This document shows, piece by piece, positions 9,284 through 18,893 of a stretch of DNA of 64,000 nt. Every line of letters begins with the position of its first letter. Within the stretch, counting starts at the first letter, position 1. The position numbers and the translations under genes are program-made. The notes beneath the pieces were generated by a model, which worked only from the letters and a program-made list of their open reading frames with translations, searched no databases and had not been told where the DNA came from. Source of the DNA: a candidate division WOR-3 bacterium (lineage in GTDB: Bacteria; Hydrothermota; Tepidihabitantia; B3-TA06); the NCBI GenBank assembly GCA_965649265.1, contig CBFGKC010000009.1, positions 54,869 to 118,868 of the forward strand, in the 5' to 3' direction.

Positions 9284-9314
9284 CTCTTTTGCTTCATTGA
9301 GTAGGATAGCATTG

Positions 9315-9617
9315 ATGAAAGAAGAAAAAGAACGAAGCTCTAAAAAGGCAAGGGTTATGGGTGTAATATGGGGTGCAATACTTGGTATACTTCTCGGCAC
9401 GGCCGTATCATCGGCGCTCACGCCGCTCTTAAAAAAAGGTGTGCTGAAAACCCTTCTCGTGGAAGGTATGTCTGTTGGAATTCCCAGAATCGAAACAACG
9501 CTGGGTTTTTTTAGTTTTTCGTTAGGATTTACGCTGCGCTTTACACTTCTTTCAGGCTTTTTCATGCTCTTACTCGGCGGACTGATGCTTTTGCTGCCTT
9601 TCAAAAAAGATACTTGA
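9315..9617 (+). CDS. Small two-TM membrane protein (DUF4321-like)
   Basis: Two hydrophobic segments with LGFFSFSLGFTLRFTLLS; preceded by TTGACT-N16-TAGGAT-N7-ATG. Confidence 0.6.
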   Translation: MKEEKERSSKKARVMGVIWGAILGILLGTAVSSALTPLLKKGVLKTLLVEGMSVGIPRIETTLGFFSFSLGFTLRFTLLSGFFMLLLGGLMLLLPFKKDT

Positions 9618-9758
9618 TTCGTTTTTTTCATGAGATGATTTTCTTAAAGTCTCTTAGGTAACCTGAAACAAAACGTTATGCGATTGCGTCTATATTAGAT
9701 ACTATACGACATTGGAGGGTGTTAACAACTAATCTTCATTAATCACGAAAGGTTCTAG

Positions 9759-10373
9759 ATGTTAAGTTACACAGAAGTGCTACATCCGACTGATTCAAGG
9801 GTAAAGAAAATCCTGGATGCAGGAGAAAAACACTTCCTTGATCACGGACTTCACAAATCCCACATCGCAAGCATATGCGATGAAGCGGGTATTTCCAAGC
9901 CCACTTTTTACAAGTATTTTGACAAGAAGGAGACCCTTTTCTTCGCGGTAATGATTCATCTTCAACGGAAATTTTACGAGGAATACGCTTTAAAAAGTGC
10001 CGGGCTTGAAAGTGCGGGAGACAGGCTTAAGCTGTATCTTGAGCTTTACGAAGAGTACTTTCACACAAACAAATTACTTACAAAGACCTCGCCGTACAAT
10101 AAGGATCTTAAAAGCAGCTGGTCGGCCAATCCGCTAAGTTCCGAGTTTTTTTTATATTCGGTTGACTTCATTGAATCAATCATAAAGGACGCAATCGCCT
10201 CGGGTGAATTCCGGATTGCTGATGCAAGAAAAACGGCATACGTCATTGCATTGATTTCCTCGGTTTTTTTCGTTTTCGAGCCCAAGGGTCAGAATTACAG
10301 AGAAACGAATCACAGCTATGCCGCGTTTATCAGCGATCTTCTACTTAACGGCGTAAAGAAAACCTCCGGTTAA
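9759..10373 (+). CDS. TetR/AcrR family transcriptional regulator
   Basis: HTH ICDEAGISKPTFYKYFDKKETLF; C-terminal GEFR motif. Confidence 0.92.
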   Translation: MLSYTEVLHPTDSRVKKILDAGEKHFLDHGLHKSHIASICDEAGISKPTFYKYFDKKETLFFAVMIHLQRKFYEEYALKSAGLESAGDRLKLYLELYEEYFHTNKLLTKTSPYNKDLKSSWSANPLSSEFFLYSVDFIESIIKDAIASGEFRIADARKTAYVIALISSVFFVFEPKGQNYRETNHSYAAFISDLLLNGVKKTSG

Positions 10374-10378
10374 TCCCG

Positions 10379-10996
10379 ATGCTCACTTTTAACGAACTCT
10401 ACGACCCCACCGACACCAGGGTCATCAAGATTCTCGATTCGGCCGTGAAGCATTTCATGAAAGAAGGCTTTCGCAAAGCATCTATAGATGCCATATGCAA
10501 GGACGCTGATATCTCTAAGCCGACGTTTTACAGGTACTTTGATTCGAAGGAGACCCTTTTTTTCGGGGTAAGAATCTATGTCATGCGTTCTTTTGACGAG
10601 GCTTACGAGAAGGCGTTCAAAAAATGTAAATCCGCATCCCAGAAACTTCTTCTTTATTTCAGGATGCTTGAAGAGTATGCATCATCGGATAAGTCTTTTG
10701 TTGAAACCTTCGATTACAACAGAGAACTGCGAAACCACTGGAAGGTGCATCCTGTAAGTGCCGACTCCCGCCGGCAGCGCAGGGAGTTCATAGAACAGAT
10801 AGTCAAGGAGGGTATAGAGAAGGGCGAATTTCGCACGGGTGATTCCAGGGCCATCGCCCACAAGGTTATTTTGATGACCGCTCTCCTCGGGATACTCAGA
10901 CGCGACCGGCCGCAGTTCCTCGAAAAGAACCAGTCGGTAGCCGATCTTGTGTTCGACCTGCTGATGAACGGGATAAGAAGTAACTTGCTGCCCTGA
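10379..10996 (+). CDS. TetR/AcrR family transcriptional regulator (tandem paralog)
   Basis: HTH ICKDADISKPTFYRYFDSKETLF; N-terminus similar to the upstream gene. Confidence 0.92.
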   Translation: MLTFNELYDPTDTRVIKILDSAVKHFMKEGFRKASIDAICKDADISKPTFYRYFDSKETLFFGVRIYVMRSFDEAYEKAFKKCKSASQKLLLYFRMLEEYASSDKSFVETFDYNRELRNHWKVHPVSADSRRQRREFIEQIVKEGIEKGEFRTGDSRAIAHKVILMTALLGILRRDRPQFLEKNQSVADLVFDLLMNGIRSNLLP

Positions 10997-11146
10997 TCAC
11001 CTCCTTTACGATAGTCATCATACTTGCGTGAGAGGATGATGTAAAAAGAACATCGTGAAGTCCTGGGTTATTGACTAGAAAGGACCCTTCGTCTATTCAA
11101 CCTTATTGCTCTGGATTATCCCCCTCCCCTGCGAGAAAAGGAACGG

Positions 11147-11178
11147 AAAAAAGTGAATGGGCCGGCATAAGCCGGCCC
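11147..11178 (-). terminator. Rho-independent terminator after the aminotransferase
   Basis: GGGCCGGC-TTAT-GCCGGCCC followed by a T run on the minus strand. Confidence 0.65.
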
Positions 11179-11204
11179 GTTGAATTAAAAAGCTTCCCTG
11201 AGGA

Positions 11205-12536
11205 TTATCTCTTGAATACCTCTTTTAAGGCGTCCTCAAAAATGTTAACGGCTTCGTCAACGTCTTCCTTTGTTACAATAAGAGGTGGAATGAAGCGAAT
11301 GCCCGAAGCGCCGCATCCAAGAACGATGAGACCGCGCATAAAGCACTGGCGCTCGACTGCCAGGCGCTTCTCGGGAAGAATCTTGCGGGTCTCCTTGGAC
11401 TCGACTATTTCGACGGCAAGCATGAGGCCGCGCCCGCGCGCGTGATCGAGATTGTCCCAGCGCTCGACAAGCTCTTCGAGTTTGGACAAGAAGTAGGCTC
11501 CCACTTCTTTCGCATTGTCGACCAGACCGTTTTCGAGAAGATCGATTGTCGCCAGCGCCGCGCTGCAGGATATCGGGTTGCCGCCGAAGGTTGAGGCGTG
11601 CGAGCCCGGTTTCCAGTCCATGAGAGACGAAGGGGCCACGGTAACGCCCAGGGGCATGCCGGATGCGATTCCTTTAGCGATTATGACGATATCGGGAAGA
11701 ACACCTTCGTGCTCAATGGCAAACATCTTGCCGGTGCGACCCATACCGGCCTGTATCTCGTCGTCGGCGAAAAATATGCCGTATTTCTCCAGCATTTCTT
11801 TAAGGGCTTTCATGTAACCCTTTGGAGGTACATTATAGCCGCCCTCGCCCTGGATAGGCTCAACAAACAACGCCGCAACCTCTTCGGGAGGAACCTCGCG
11901 CTTGAAAATCACGTCCTCGATGTAACGAAGACACCACAGATTGCACTTCGGATAGGTTTCGTTGAACACGCACCTGTAGCAATCAGGATAAGGTACGTGA
12001 ACGACGTGCGGAATAAGCGGGGCGAAACGCTCACGCTGCACGAACTTGGACGCGGTAAGCGAGAGTGCGCCCAAAGTGCGTCCGTGGAACGCTCCGTAAT
12101 AAGCCATCCAGTAAGGACGCTGGGATTTGTAACGCGCGAGCTTCATTGCCGCTTCGACGGCTTCGGCGCCCGAATTCGAGAAAAATACACGCTTGTTTCC
12201 AGCACCGGGCGTTATAACGGACATCTTTTCCGCCAGATCGACCTGGGAGGGATAGTAAAAATCGGTTCCTGACATGTGAATCAGCTTCGAGGCCTGTTCG
12301 GTAATGGCCTTTACAACCTTTGGATGGGCATGGCCGGTTGAGCACACTGCTATACCGGCGGCAAAATCAAGAAAACAATTTCCATCCACATCCCAGAGAT
12401 TCACACCCTTGCCGTGCGAGGCGGCAATTGAATAAAGTCCATCTCGTGTATAAGAAGGGGAGATAAATTTTTCTTCCTTTTTTACTAGGGCCTTGAAATT
12501 CGGTCCTGGAAGATTCTTAATTTCTGGTTTCGGCAT
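11205..12536 (-). CDS. Class III PLP-dependent aminotransferase (4-aminobutyrate/ornithine omega-aminotransferase-like)
   Basis: NSGAEAVEAA, AFHGRT, EPIQGEGGY, DEIQAGMGRTG, AKG (PLP lysine), HASTFGGNP. Confidence 0.92.
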   Translation of the reverse strand: MPKPEIKNLPGPNFKALVKKEEKFISPSYTRDGLYSIAASHGKGVNLWDVDGNCFLDFAAGIAVCSTGHAHPKVVKAITEQASKLIHMSGTDFYYPSQVDLAEKMSVITPGAGNKRVFFSNSGAEAVEAAMKLARYKSQRPYWMAYYGAFHGRTLGALSLTASKFVQRERFAPLIPHVVHVPYPDCYRCVFNETYPKCNLWCLRYIEDVIFKREVPPEEVAALFVEPIQGEGGYNVPPKGYMKALKEMLEKYGIFFADDEIQAGMGRTGKMFAIEHEGVLPDIVIIAKGIASGMPLGVTVAPSSLMDWKPGSHASTFGGNPISCSAALATIDLLENGLVDNAKEVGAYFLSKLEELVERWDNLDHARGRGLMLAVEIVESKETRKILPEKRLAVERQCFMRGLIVLGCGASGIRFIPPLIVTKEDVDEAVNIFEDALKEVFKR

Positions 12537-12586
12537 ATGTCCTCCAGAATTAGGGTTCAGAAATTATAAGTTATTCGATTAGGTAT

Positions 12587-12666
12587 ATTATACATAATAA
12601 TCTCTTGAGAGTCAACCCCGATTAATGGGGCACTCTACTTGACATAATCTTATATTTCGCTATACT
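12587..12666. promoter_or_regulatory. Back-to-back divergent sigma70-type promoters
   Basis: Minus: TTGACT-N17-TATAAT; plus: TTGACA-N16-TATACT. Confidence 0.7.
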
Positions 12667-12947
12667 AGTATGTAGTTAGTCTGAGGAGGCTTTGAATTAA
12701 AGGTATAGGTACGTCTAGGAGAGCGCATACTACCTGTGGACTGGCGGGCTAAAGATTTACCAGGAGGTTTTATTGCGCTTAATTTTTTCCAATTTCAATG
12801 ATAAGGTGGGAGATGAGGGGATGGTCTATAGGCAAAGGGTAAGCATGGATCGGATAGTGCAAAAAAATGCTTTAAAGACAATATTAGTTAAATAAAAACC
12901 AAGGAGTGTCTCCTGACCGGGGAGATTACTCAGAAAAAGGAGCCAAG

Positions 12948-15206
12948 ATGCCAGCTTTCTTGTTTTTCTTGCTATTCGGAGCAGTCGAATGGAAAGAGAC
13001 CACCTTTGAGGATTTCAGAGATGGTTCGACTGATCCTATGATGTACGTGTCGCACAGGCAACAGTTCGAGATAGAACCAGGATGTATTGAGTTCTACGCT
13101 CGCTGGGACGGCGACAACAACGGCTACTATGATTTGTTCGTTGCGGGCCGTGGCACGTACGGTCAAAAACTATTCATGGGGCAACCCGGAGCTACGTACA
13201 ACATTGGCAACACCATCACATATCTGGACTGCCAGCCGTACTCCGGTGACGCTTCCGGCGGAATAGACATGGCCGACCTGAATATGGACGGCTACCCTGA
13301 AGCCATTCACTCAGGCGGATGGTACTCTCCCGCGGCATATCTTTACTGGGGATCTGCTGCCGGCCCCATGTCGGGCACGCCTACGCAGCTCCCCATGCGT
13401 ACAAATTATGGAAACTGTCACGAAACCGTCTTCGTGTACGATGTGGATAAAGATGGTTATCTTGACATCACCATTTGCGGCGGCACCGGCACTCCAAGCC
13501 AGAACTATACCCGTATTTTCTGGGGCGACCCGAGTTTCACTTACACGACATATACCGAACTTCCCAGCGGAATAGGCTGCCAGCACAACCTTGAAATGGC
13601 CGACCTGGATCATGACGGCTGGGTAGAGACCGTTATCCCCAATTACGGTACAAACAACGCTTCCATAGTAAACTGGGGCGAAGGCCGCACTTATACCATT
13701 CAAACACTCAGCCTTTCACCACTCGGCGGCATCAGCCATCACGGCTTGACGCTTGCGGACTTCAACAGGGATAACTGGCTCGACATAGTATTCACAGGCT
13801 ATTCAGACATCAACAAGGCCTTGATTTACTGGGGCGACGAAAACGGCTATACTGTCACCAATACGACCCTCCTGAATACAGGCACCTGCTACGGCGGCAG
13901 CTCGTCCATGGATATTGACGACGACGGCGACCTTGATATTATGTTTCACAGAAACGGCGGCTCGTCTACGTATCCCAAAGTTTATCTTAACCTTGGCGAA
14001 CCTCCATACTTCAAGGATTCGAGCCACCCCGACACTTGCCGTAATCTGGGCAATATTCCCGTAAACGGCACAGGCGGCTTTACCGCCGATTTCAACTATG
14101 ACGGCTATCTGGATATCTTTCTTAATGCCCACCAATCCGGAACACCGTTTTCTGGTCAATCACCCATACTGTGGGGACCTAACTATACCACGGCAACCTT
14201 CCTGCCTCACGATGGATACGATCACCATGGCGTTTTCCGCGAAGCCGGCAATGTGTACGACCGCAGTTTTTCCGCCTGGTACTACTCTTCGGTGTTTGAC
14301 TGCGGCGAGTTCTACAACAGGCCCAAGGACGGAAAGCTTTCCTATATAGGTTTTGAACCCCAGGCTTCGAGAATAAGCTTCAGCACGCGCTCCGGACCGG
14401 ATTCAATCCCCGACGCGTACTGGACCAATTGGTATGCGGTTGAAAACGGCTATGCCGATCCTCGTTCGCTGACATGGCGCTACGTGCAATACCGAGCTGA
14501 GTTTAATTACGTAAGGCCCTCATGGCTGCCCTGGCTTGAAGAGGTAGACTGGTCATTCAGGGTTCTCGATTTCGGATTCAGGTTCTGGCCGGATAGCATA
14601 ACCTCGACCACCGCAAACAACTATGCCGATTACAAGTGCAAGCTGTGGTACATGGGTGACGCGAGAGATTCTTTCCACCTGAACGTAAGAGAAGAAGTCA
14701 TGCAACCCGGCTGGCGTGTTGAATTCTGGGATACCCTTTACCATGACACCATCCCACACTTCATTAAGCTTGATGAAAACATGCAATCCGGAGATGATAC
14801 AGCCTTCATCGCACGCGTCTATGCGCCTGCAGACGCCTCTGTCGGCGACTCAAACTGGACGGTTGTGTGGACCAGGACATGGTTCTGTTCGAAGGTCATG
14901 AAAGACTCTGTGGTTCTGGTCACGCAAGTGAAAGCCCCCGGCGTTCTTGAAACCCACGTCATCAGATCCGTGCTTCTTGATGCTTCGACGATCGCAAGCA
15001 GGGGTGTCGTGAATTATCTGATTCCCTCAGGTGAGAATGCGCAGCTCTTCGTATTCGACGCCGCGGGCCGGAGGCTTTACGAGACCCGGGTCCAGGGCTC
15101 GGGTTCGATAGAGTGGTCCACCCCCTCCACCCCTGCCGGTCTCTATTTTGTAAGAATGGTAAGTTCACAAGGCGAGATTGTCAGGAAGGTCGTATTAACC
15201 AAATAA
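12948..15206 (+). CDS. Secreted FG-GAP/VCBS-repeat beta-propeller protein with T9SS-type C-terminal domain
   Basis: Repeated DxNxDGxxD motifs; C-terminal FDAAGRR...GLYFVRM...RKVVLTK; AAGGAG RBS before ATG 12948. Confidence 0.85.
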   Translation: MPAFLFFLLFGAVEWKETTFEDFRDGSTDPMMYVSHRQQFEIEPGCIEFYARWDGDNNGYYDLFVAGRGTYGQKLFMGQPGATYNIGNTITYLDCQPYSGDASGGIDMADLNMDGYPEAIHSGGWYSPAAYLYWGSAAGPMSGTPTQLPMRTNYGNCHETVFVYDVDKDGYLDITICGGTGTPSQNYTRIFWGDPSFTYTTYTELPSGIGCQHNLEMADLDHDGWVETVIPNYGTNNASIVNWGEGRTYTIQTLSLSPLGGISHHGLTLADFNRDNWLDIVFTGYSDINKALIYWGDENGYTVTNTTLLNTGTCYGGSSSMDIDDDGDLDIMFHRNGGSSTYPKVYLNLGEPPYFKDSSHPDTCRNLGNIPVNGTGGFTADFNYDGYLDIFLNAHQSGTPFSGQSPILWGPNYTTATFLPHDGYDHHGVFREAGNVYDRSFSAWYYSSVFDCGEFYNRPKDGKLSYIGFEPQASRISFSTRSGPDSIPDAYWTNWYAVENGYADPRSLTWRYVQYRAEFNYVRPSWLPWLEEVDWSFRVLDFGFRFWPDSITSTTANNYADYKCKLWYMGDARDSFHLNVREEVMQPGWRVEFWDTLYHDTIPHFIKLDENMQSGDDTAFIARVYAPADASVGDSNWTVVWTRTWFCSKVMKDSVVLVTQVKAPGVLETHVIRSVLLDASTIASRGVVNYLIPSGENAQLFVFDAAGRRLYETRVQGSGSIEWSTPSTPAGLYFVRMVSSQGEIVRKVVLTK

Positions 15207-15240
15207 CAAACCTTTTTGATCTCGTAAAATTTTTAAATCC

Positions 15241-15277
15241 CTTAATGTTGCTCCGGTTCGACCGGAGCAACATTAAG
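15241..15277. repeat. Perfect 17-bp-stem inverted repeat between the two FG-GAP genes
   Basis: CTTAATGTTGCTCCGGT-TCG-ACCGGAGCAACATTAAG. Confidence 0.85.
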
Positions 15278-15294
15278 AAATTACAGGAGAATGT

Positions 15295-17565
15295 ATGAGT
15301 TTCTTGATGATATTGTTCCTTCCGGGATTAGTGGAATGGACGGAAACAACCGCCCAGGATTTTTTAACAAATCTCGGACACGATCCGATGATGTACGTAT
15401 CTCAGAGGGCAAACCTTGAGGAATCACCCGGTTGTGTTGAGTTCTTTGCGCGATTCGACGTTGATAACGACGGCTACTACGACGTACTTGCTTCTGACGA
15501 AGGCAGCGGAACAAAGTACTTAAGATTGTATAAAAGCTCACCCTCTGGATTTCTAGCCTCGGATTCCATCTACTACCCCATTCTTACAGGGGGAGGGGGT
15601 TGCGACCTTGCCGACCTATCCCTGGATGGTTATGCTGAGTTGATCCATTCCGGTTACTCGGCCAGACGAATAACCATATACTGGAATGACGGAATTAACG
15701 GGCCGAATCCAAACGATACCACTCTTCTCACACCACCGAACAATGCAGATCCTGAAACTGTCTACATCTATGATCTTGACAACGACACCTATCTCGACAT
15801 TCTTGCGGCCGATGCCAGCACACACCAGCTTATAGTTTTCTGGGGATTCCCGACCGGCAATCCTTTGCGACCGGTAGGTTACTCCAATTCGTCCGTCTCC
15901 TCATTCAATCAGGGCGGAGGAGAACATAATATCGAGGTCGGAGATATCAACAGAGACGGATGGGGCGACATAATATCAGGCGCGGACAATACATCCCAAA
16001 ACAACCACGTTTACTTCTGGGGACCTTACAGGACTCCCGAAAACGTCATGGATATCGCGGGCGCCGGGGGTTCAAATCACGGAACCTCCATGGCGGATTT
16101 AAACAACGATGGCTGGCTTGATATCGTATTCACACTTTCTTACGCCGGAGCCGGACAGTATGGAAGGGTTTATTTCTACGACCCGGAGCTGGAAACATAC
16201 CCATCGACGGCCAGCATACTCCTGAAGCCCGGTTCTTGCTACGGCGGATCCGCCGTATGGGACTGGGGCGATAAAAAAGGCAATCCCAATCCTGACGGTC
16301 TTCTAGATATCATATTCTTCCGCGCCGACCCGAACAACAGGCGTCCGCCCGTCGTCTACTACAACCAGGGCGAAGAACCGTACTTCTGGGATTCCGACAC
16401 CACGACAAAGAATCTCGGAAACTCCAACATAGTATGTTCCGGAGGCTTCGTGGCCGACTTCAACTACGACGGCTGGTGGGATATATATCTCAATGCCTAC
16501 GTCAACCACAAGGCTTCATACGTTCTCTACGGTCCCGATTACCGCATCGAGGATGCCGATTCCGTCCCCGTTAATGCCGACCATCACGGAGTCTTCCGCG
16601 AGCCCGGAAACATATATAACCGCAAGTACACGGCGTGGTATGATTCGGATGTGTTCGACTGCGGCAAGGATTACGACGGAGCAAAGAATTGCGACGTTTC
16701 ATACATTGCCAAAACACCAGGCTCATCCTCCATCGAATTCTACTTGCGCTCCGGCCCCGATTCAATGCCTTCATCTGCATGGACAAGCTGGGACAAGGTG
16801 GAAAACGGCTACGGCGATCCTTATGCGCTGCGCTGGCGCTACGTTCAATACAGGGCCGAGTTCTGCTATCCCAAACCGGCCGATCTTCCCTGGCTTGAAT
16901 ACGTAAGCTTCAAGTTCAGCCCGCTGGATTTCAAGTTAAAGCTCTGGCCTGACAGCGTCAAGACCATATCCGGCGGCAACTACACCGATTACTTCCTGAA
17001 GCTTTTCTACAAGGGAGACGAGCATGATTCGTTCCACCTTAACGTTCGCGAAGACTTCATGAAGCCAGGATGGTGGGTTGAGTACTGGGACACCGCTTAC
17101 ACGGACACAATCCCGAGATACATCAAAATGAAGCCCATAATCCCCAGTGGTGACGACACCGCTTTCTATGCAAGGATCCACGCGCCGTCGGATGCACAAG
17201 TAGGCGACACCAACATAACCATCATACATGTCAAAACGAGGTATTGCTCCCGCGACATGAGGGATTCGGTAATCCTCGTGAGCAGCGTAATTTCTCCCGG
17301 TGTGGTGGAAACCCGACCGCTTCACACGCCGATCCTTGAGATGCCAACAGCCGGGAAAACAGGCGTCATAAATTACATGCTGGCCGCCGGCGAAAAGGCA
17401 AAGCTTTCCGTTTATGATGCCTCCGGCCGTCTGGTATTCCAAAATGAGATTCGAGGCACCGGAAAACTTGACTGGGCAAATGCCTCTATTCCTTCAGGAC
17501 TGTACTTCATAAGACTGGAACACGCTCAGGGTTCAATGGTAAGAAAAACAGTGCTGACAAGGTAA
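15295..17565 (+). CDS. Secreted FG-GAP/VCBS-repeat protein with T9SS-type C-terminal domain (tandem paralog)
   Basis: Same architecture; shared DPMMYVS, DHHGVFRE, WRYVQYRAEF, DSFHLNVRE blocks. Confidence 0.85.
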   Translation: MSFLMILFLPGLVEWTETTAQDFLTNLGHDPMMYVSQRANLEESPGCVEFFARFDVDNDGYYDVLASDEGSGTKYLRLYKSSPSGFLASDSIYYPILTGGGGCDLADLSLDGYAELIHSGYSARRITIYWNDGINGPNPNDTTLLTPPNNADPETVYIYDLDNDTYLDILAADASTHQLIVFWGFPTGNPLRPVGYSNSSVSSFNQGGGEHNIEVGDINRDGWGDIISGADNTSQNNHVYFWGPYRTPENVMDIAGAGGSNHGTSMADLNNDGWLDIVFTLSYAGAGQYGRVYFYDPELETYPSTASILLKPGSCYGGSAVWDWGDKKGNPNPDGLLDIIFFRADPNNRRPPVVYYNQGEEPYFWDSDTTTKNLGNSNIVCSGGFVADFNYDGWWDIYLNAYVNHKASYVLYGPDYRIEDADSVPVNADHHGVFREPGNIYNRKYTAWYDSDVFDCGKDYDGAKNCDVSYIAKTPGSSSIEFYLRSGPDSMPSSAWTSWDKVENGYGDPYALRWRYVQYRAEFCYPKPADLPWLEYVSFKFSPLDFKLKLWPDSVKTISGGNYTDYFLKLFYKGDEHDSFHLNVREDFMKPGWWVEYWDTAYTDTIPRYIKMKPIIPSGDDTAFYARIHAPSDAQVGDTNITIIHVKTRYCSRDMRDSVILVSSVISPGVVETRPLHTPILEMPTAGKTGVINYMLAAGEKAKLSVYDASGRLVFQNEIRGTGKLDWANASIPSGLYFIRLEHAQGSMVRKTVLTR

Positions 17566-17587
17566 TCACTGACACGCTTTGGATTTT

Positions 17588-17616
17588 TGAGAAACGCCCC
17601 CTGGGGGCGTTTCTCA
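17588..17616. terminator. Probable bidirectional terminator hairpin between convergent genes
   Basis: TGAGAAACGCCCC-CTG-GGGGCGTTTCTCA. Confidence 0.65.
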
Positions 17617-17934
17617 TTTGTACTGCTTGTAGATGTACCAGTTCCTTCGACCGGCGCCGCGGTCGAGATATATCTCGAAGACTTCCCCTGAATCGGTATT
17701 TACGAGGTACACGTTGCGATGGCGACGCATCAGCCAGGTGCGGCGTTTGGGCGAGGCCTCGGAGAAGCCGTGATCCTGCCAGCTCCTGACGATCTCGGTA
17801 ATTATATAGTTTTGATGGCGCCACTTGAAGCTCAAGGGCGTCGGATCTTCGTCGGAGCAGACCACCTCTATCCTCTCCCCTATGAACCTTCCTCGTGAAT
17901 CGGAATCACCTTTCGGCGTCTTCGACTCGCTCAT
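17614..17934 (-). CDS. DUF6504-like small protein
   Basis: PLSFKWR..Y.I.EIVRSW, RRHRNVY.V, FEIYLDR..W pattern. Confidence 0.7.
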   Translation of the reverse strand: MSESKTPKGDSDSRGRFIGERIEVVCSDEDPTPLSFKWRHQNYIITEIVRSWQDHGFSEASPKRRTWLMRRHRNVYLVNTDSGEVFEIYLDRGAGRRNWYIYKQYK

Positions 17935-17980
17935 TCTCAAATACCATTCAGAAAAGAGGCGGTCTTGACCAGTGTGGCAC

Positions 17981-18408
17981 AGCCCTCCTCAGAAACCCTG
18001 CTTGGAATCGATCTCCCGATTTCTTCCAAGTCGAAAAAGGAGCCAGGGAGGGTGTGTTACGGGTGTTATTTCCTTTTGATAAAGCTGCATATAAAAATCC
18101 CCGAAGGGGACGGGTGTTGCGGGAGCCCTCCTCAGAAGCCTTGCTTGGAATCGATCTCCCAATTTCTTCCGAGTCAGCAAAAGGAGCCAGGGAGGGTGTG
18201 TTACGGGTGTTGCGGGAGCCCCCCTCAGAAGCCTTGCTTGGAATCGATCTCCCAATTTCTTCCGAGTCAGCAAAGGAGCCAGGGAGGGTGTGTTACGGGT
18301 GTTGCTTCCTTTGGGTCTTTGCTGCAGATGGAAGTGACCTATGGAATGAAAGCTCACTCCAAGGGTCAGACCCTGCCCCGAAGGGGTACGGGTGTTGCGG
18401 GTTACGGG
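17981..18408. repeat. Composite BIME-like array X-Y(short)-X-X-Y; X is about 90 bp, starting with motif B and ending with motif A
   Basis: Three near-identical copies of AGCCCTCCTCAGAA..TGCTTGGAATCGATCTCCC.ATTTCTTCC.AGTC..AAAGGAGCCAGGGAGGGTGTGTTACGGGTGTT at about 17981, 18124 and 18217. Confidence 0.92.
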
Positions 18409-18887
18409 TATTCTGCCCAGAGTGTGCGCCATGTCTTGAGATCTGAGGTGTCGGGCACCTTGAGAAGAGCCATGCCTTCGAGATGACCGTCGTCCATTCT
18501 GATGAAAAGAATATCTTCTCCGAGAAAGATCACGTCATCGGACGAGCGGACGCTCCATTTGCCGCCCACCGCGGTGCCTAGGGAGATGACTTCGTTGAGA
18601 GTGTCCGGATTGAGTATTCTGCGCAGGATAGCGGTATAAGCCGGGGAAATGTCTTTTGCCTTGCTCATCTGTGCCTTCAGGGAATCTATCCTGGTCTCGA
18701 GACTCTTTATCTCCCGGGTTTTGGATTGAATCTCGTCCTCGAGATTCTTGCCTGCCACCGGGCCAAGGAAGTAGAATCCTGCTACGCCTATGCCCAGGCC
18801 GACGATAAAGGTTATTGCCCCTAATAGTACCTTTGAGAAACCGCCTGATTTGGATGTTCGAGATTCAGTTGGTTGTTCGTTCATCAT
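18402..18887 (-). CDS. Hypothetical membrane-anchored protein with coiled coil
   Basis: GGAGG RBS, TM helix, heptad segment; the stop TAA lies in the CCCGTAA of the repeat. Confidence 0.7.
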   Translation of the reverse strand: MMNEQPTESRTSKSGGFSKVLLGAITFIVGLGIGVAGFYFLGPVAGKNLEDEIQSKTREIKSLETRIDSLKAQMSKAKDISPAYTAILRRILNPDTLNEVISLGTAVGGKWSVRSSDDVIFLGEDILFIRMDDGHLEGMALLKVPDTSDLKTWRTLWAEYP

Positions 18888-18893
18888 TCCTCC

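Noticed and set aside
17981-18408. CRISPR array
   Set aside because: Units are about 90 bp, two are directly adjacent, the intervening segments are homologous to each other rather than unique spacers, and no cas genes are present.
17895-18486. Cys-rich or repetitive ORFs 17895-18446, 17965-18486 and 17989-18432
   Set aside because: They are translations of the repeat array in several frames, lack an RBS and overlap a real gene.
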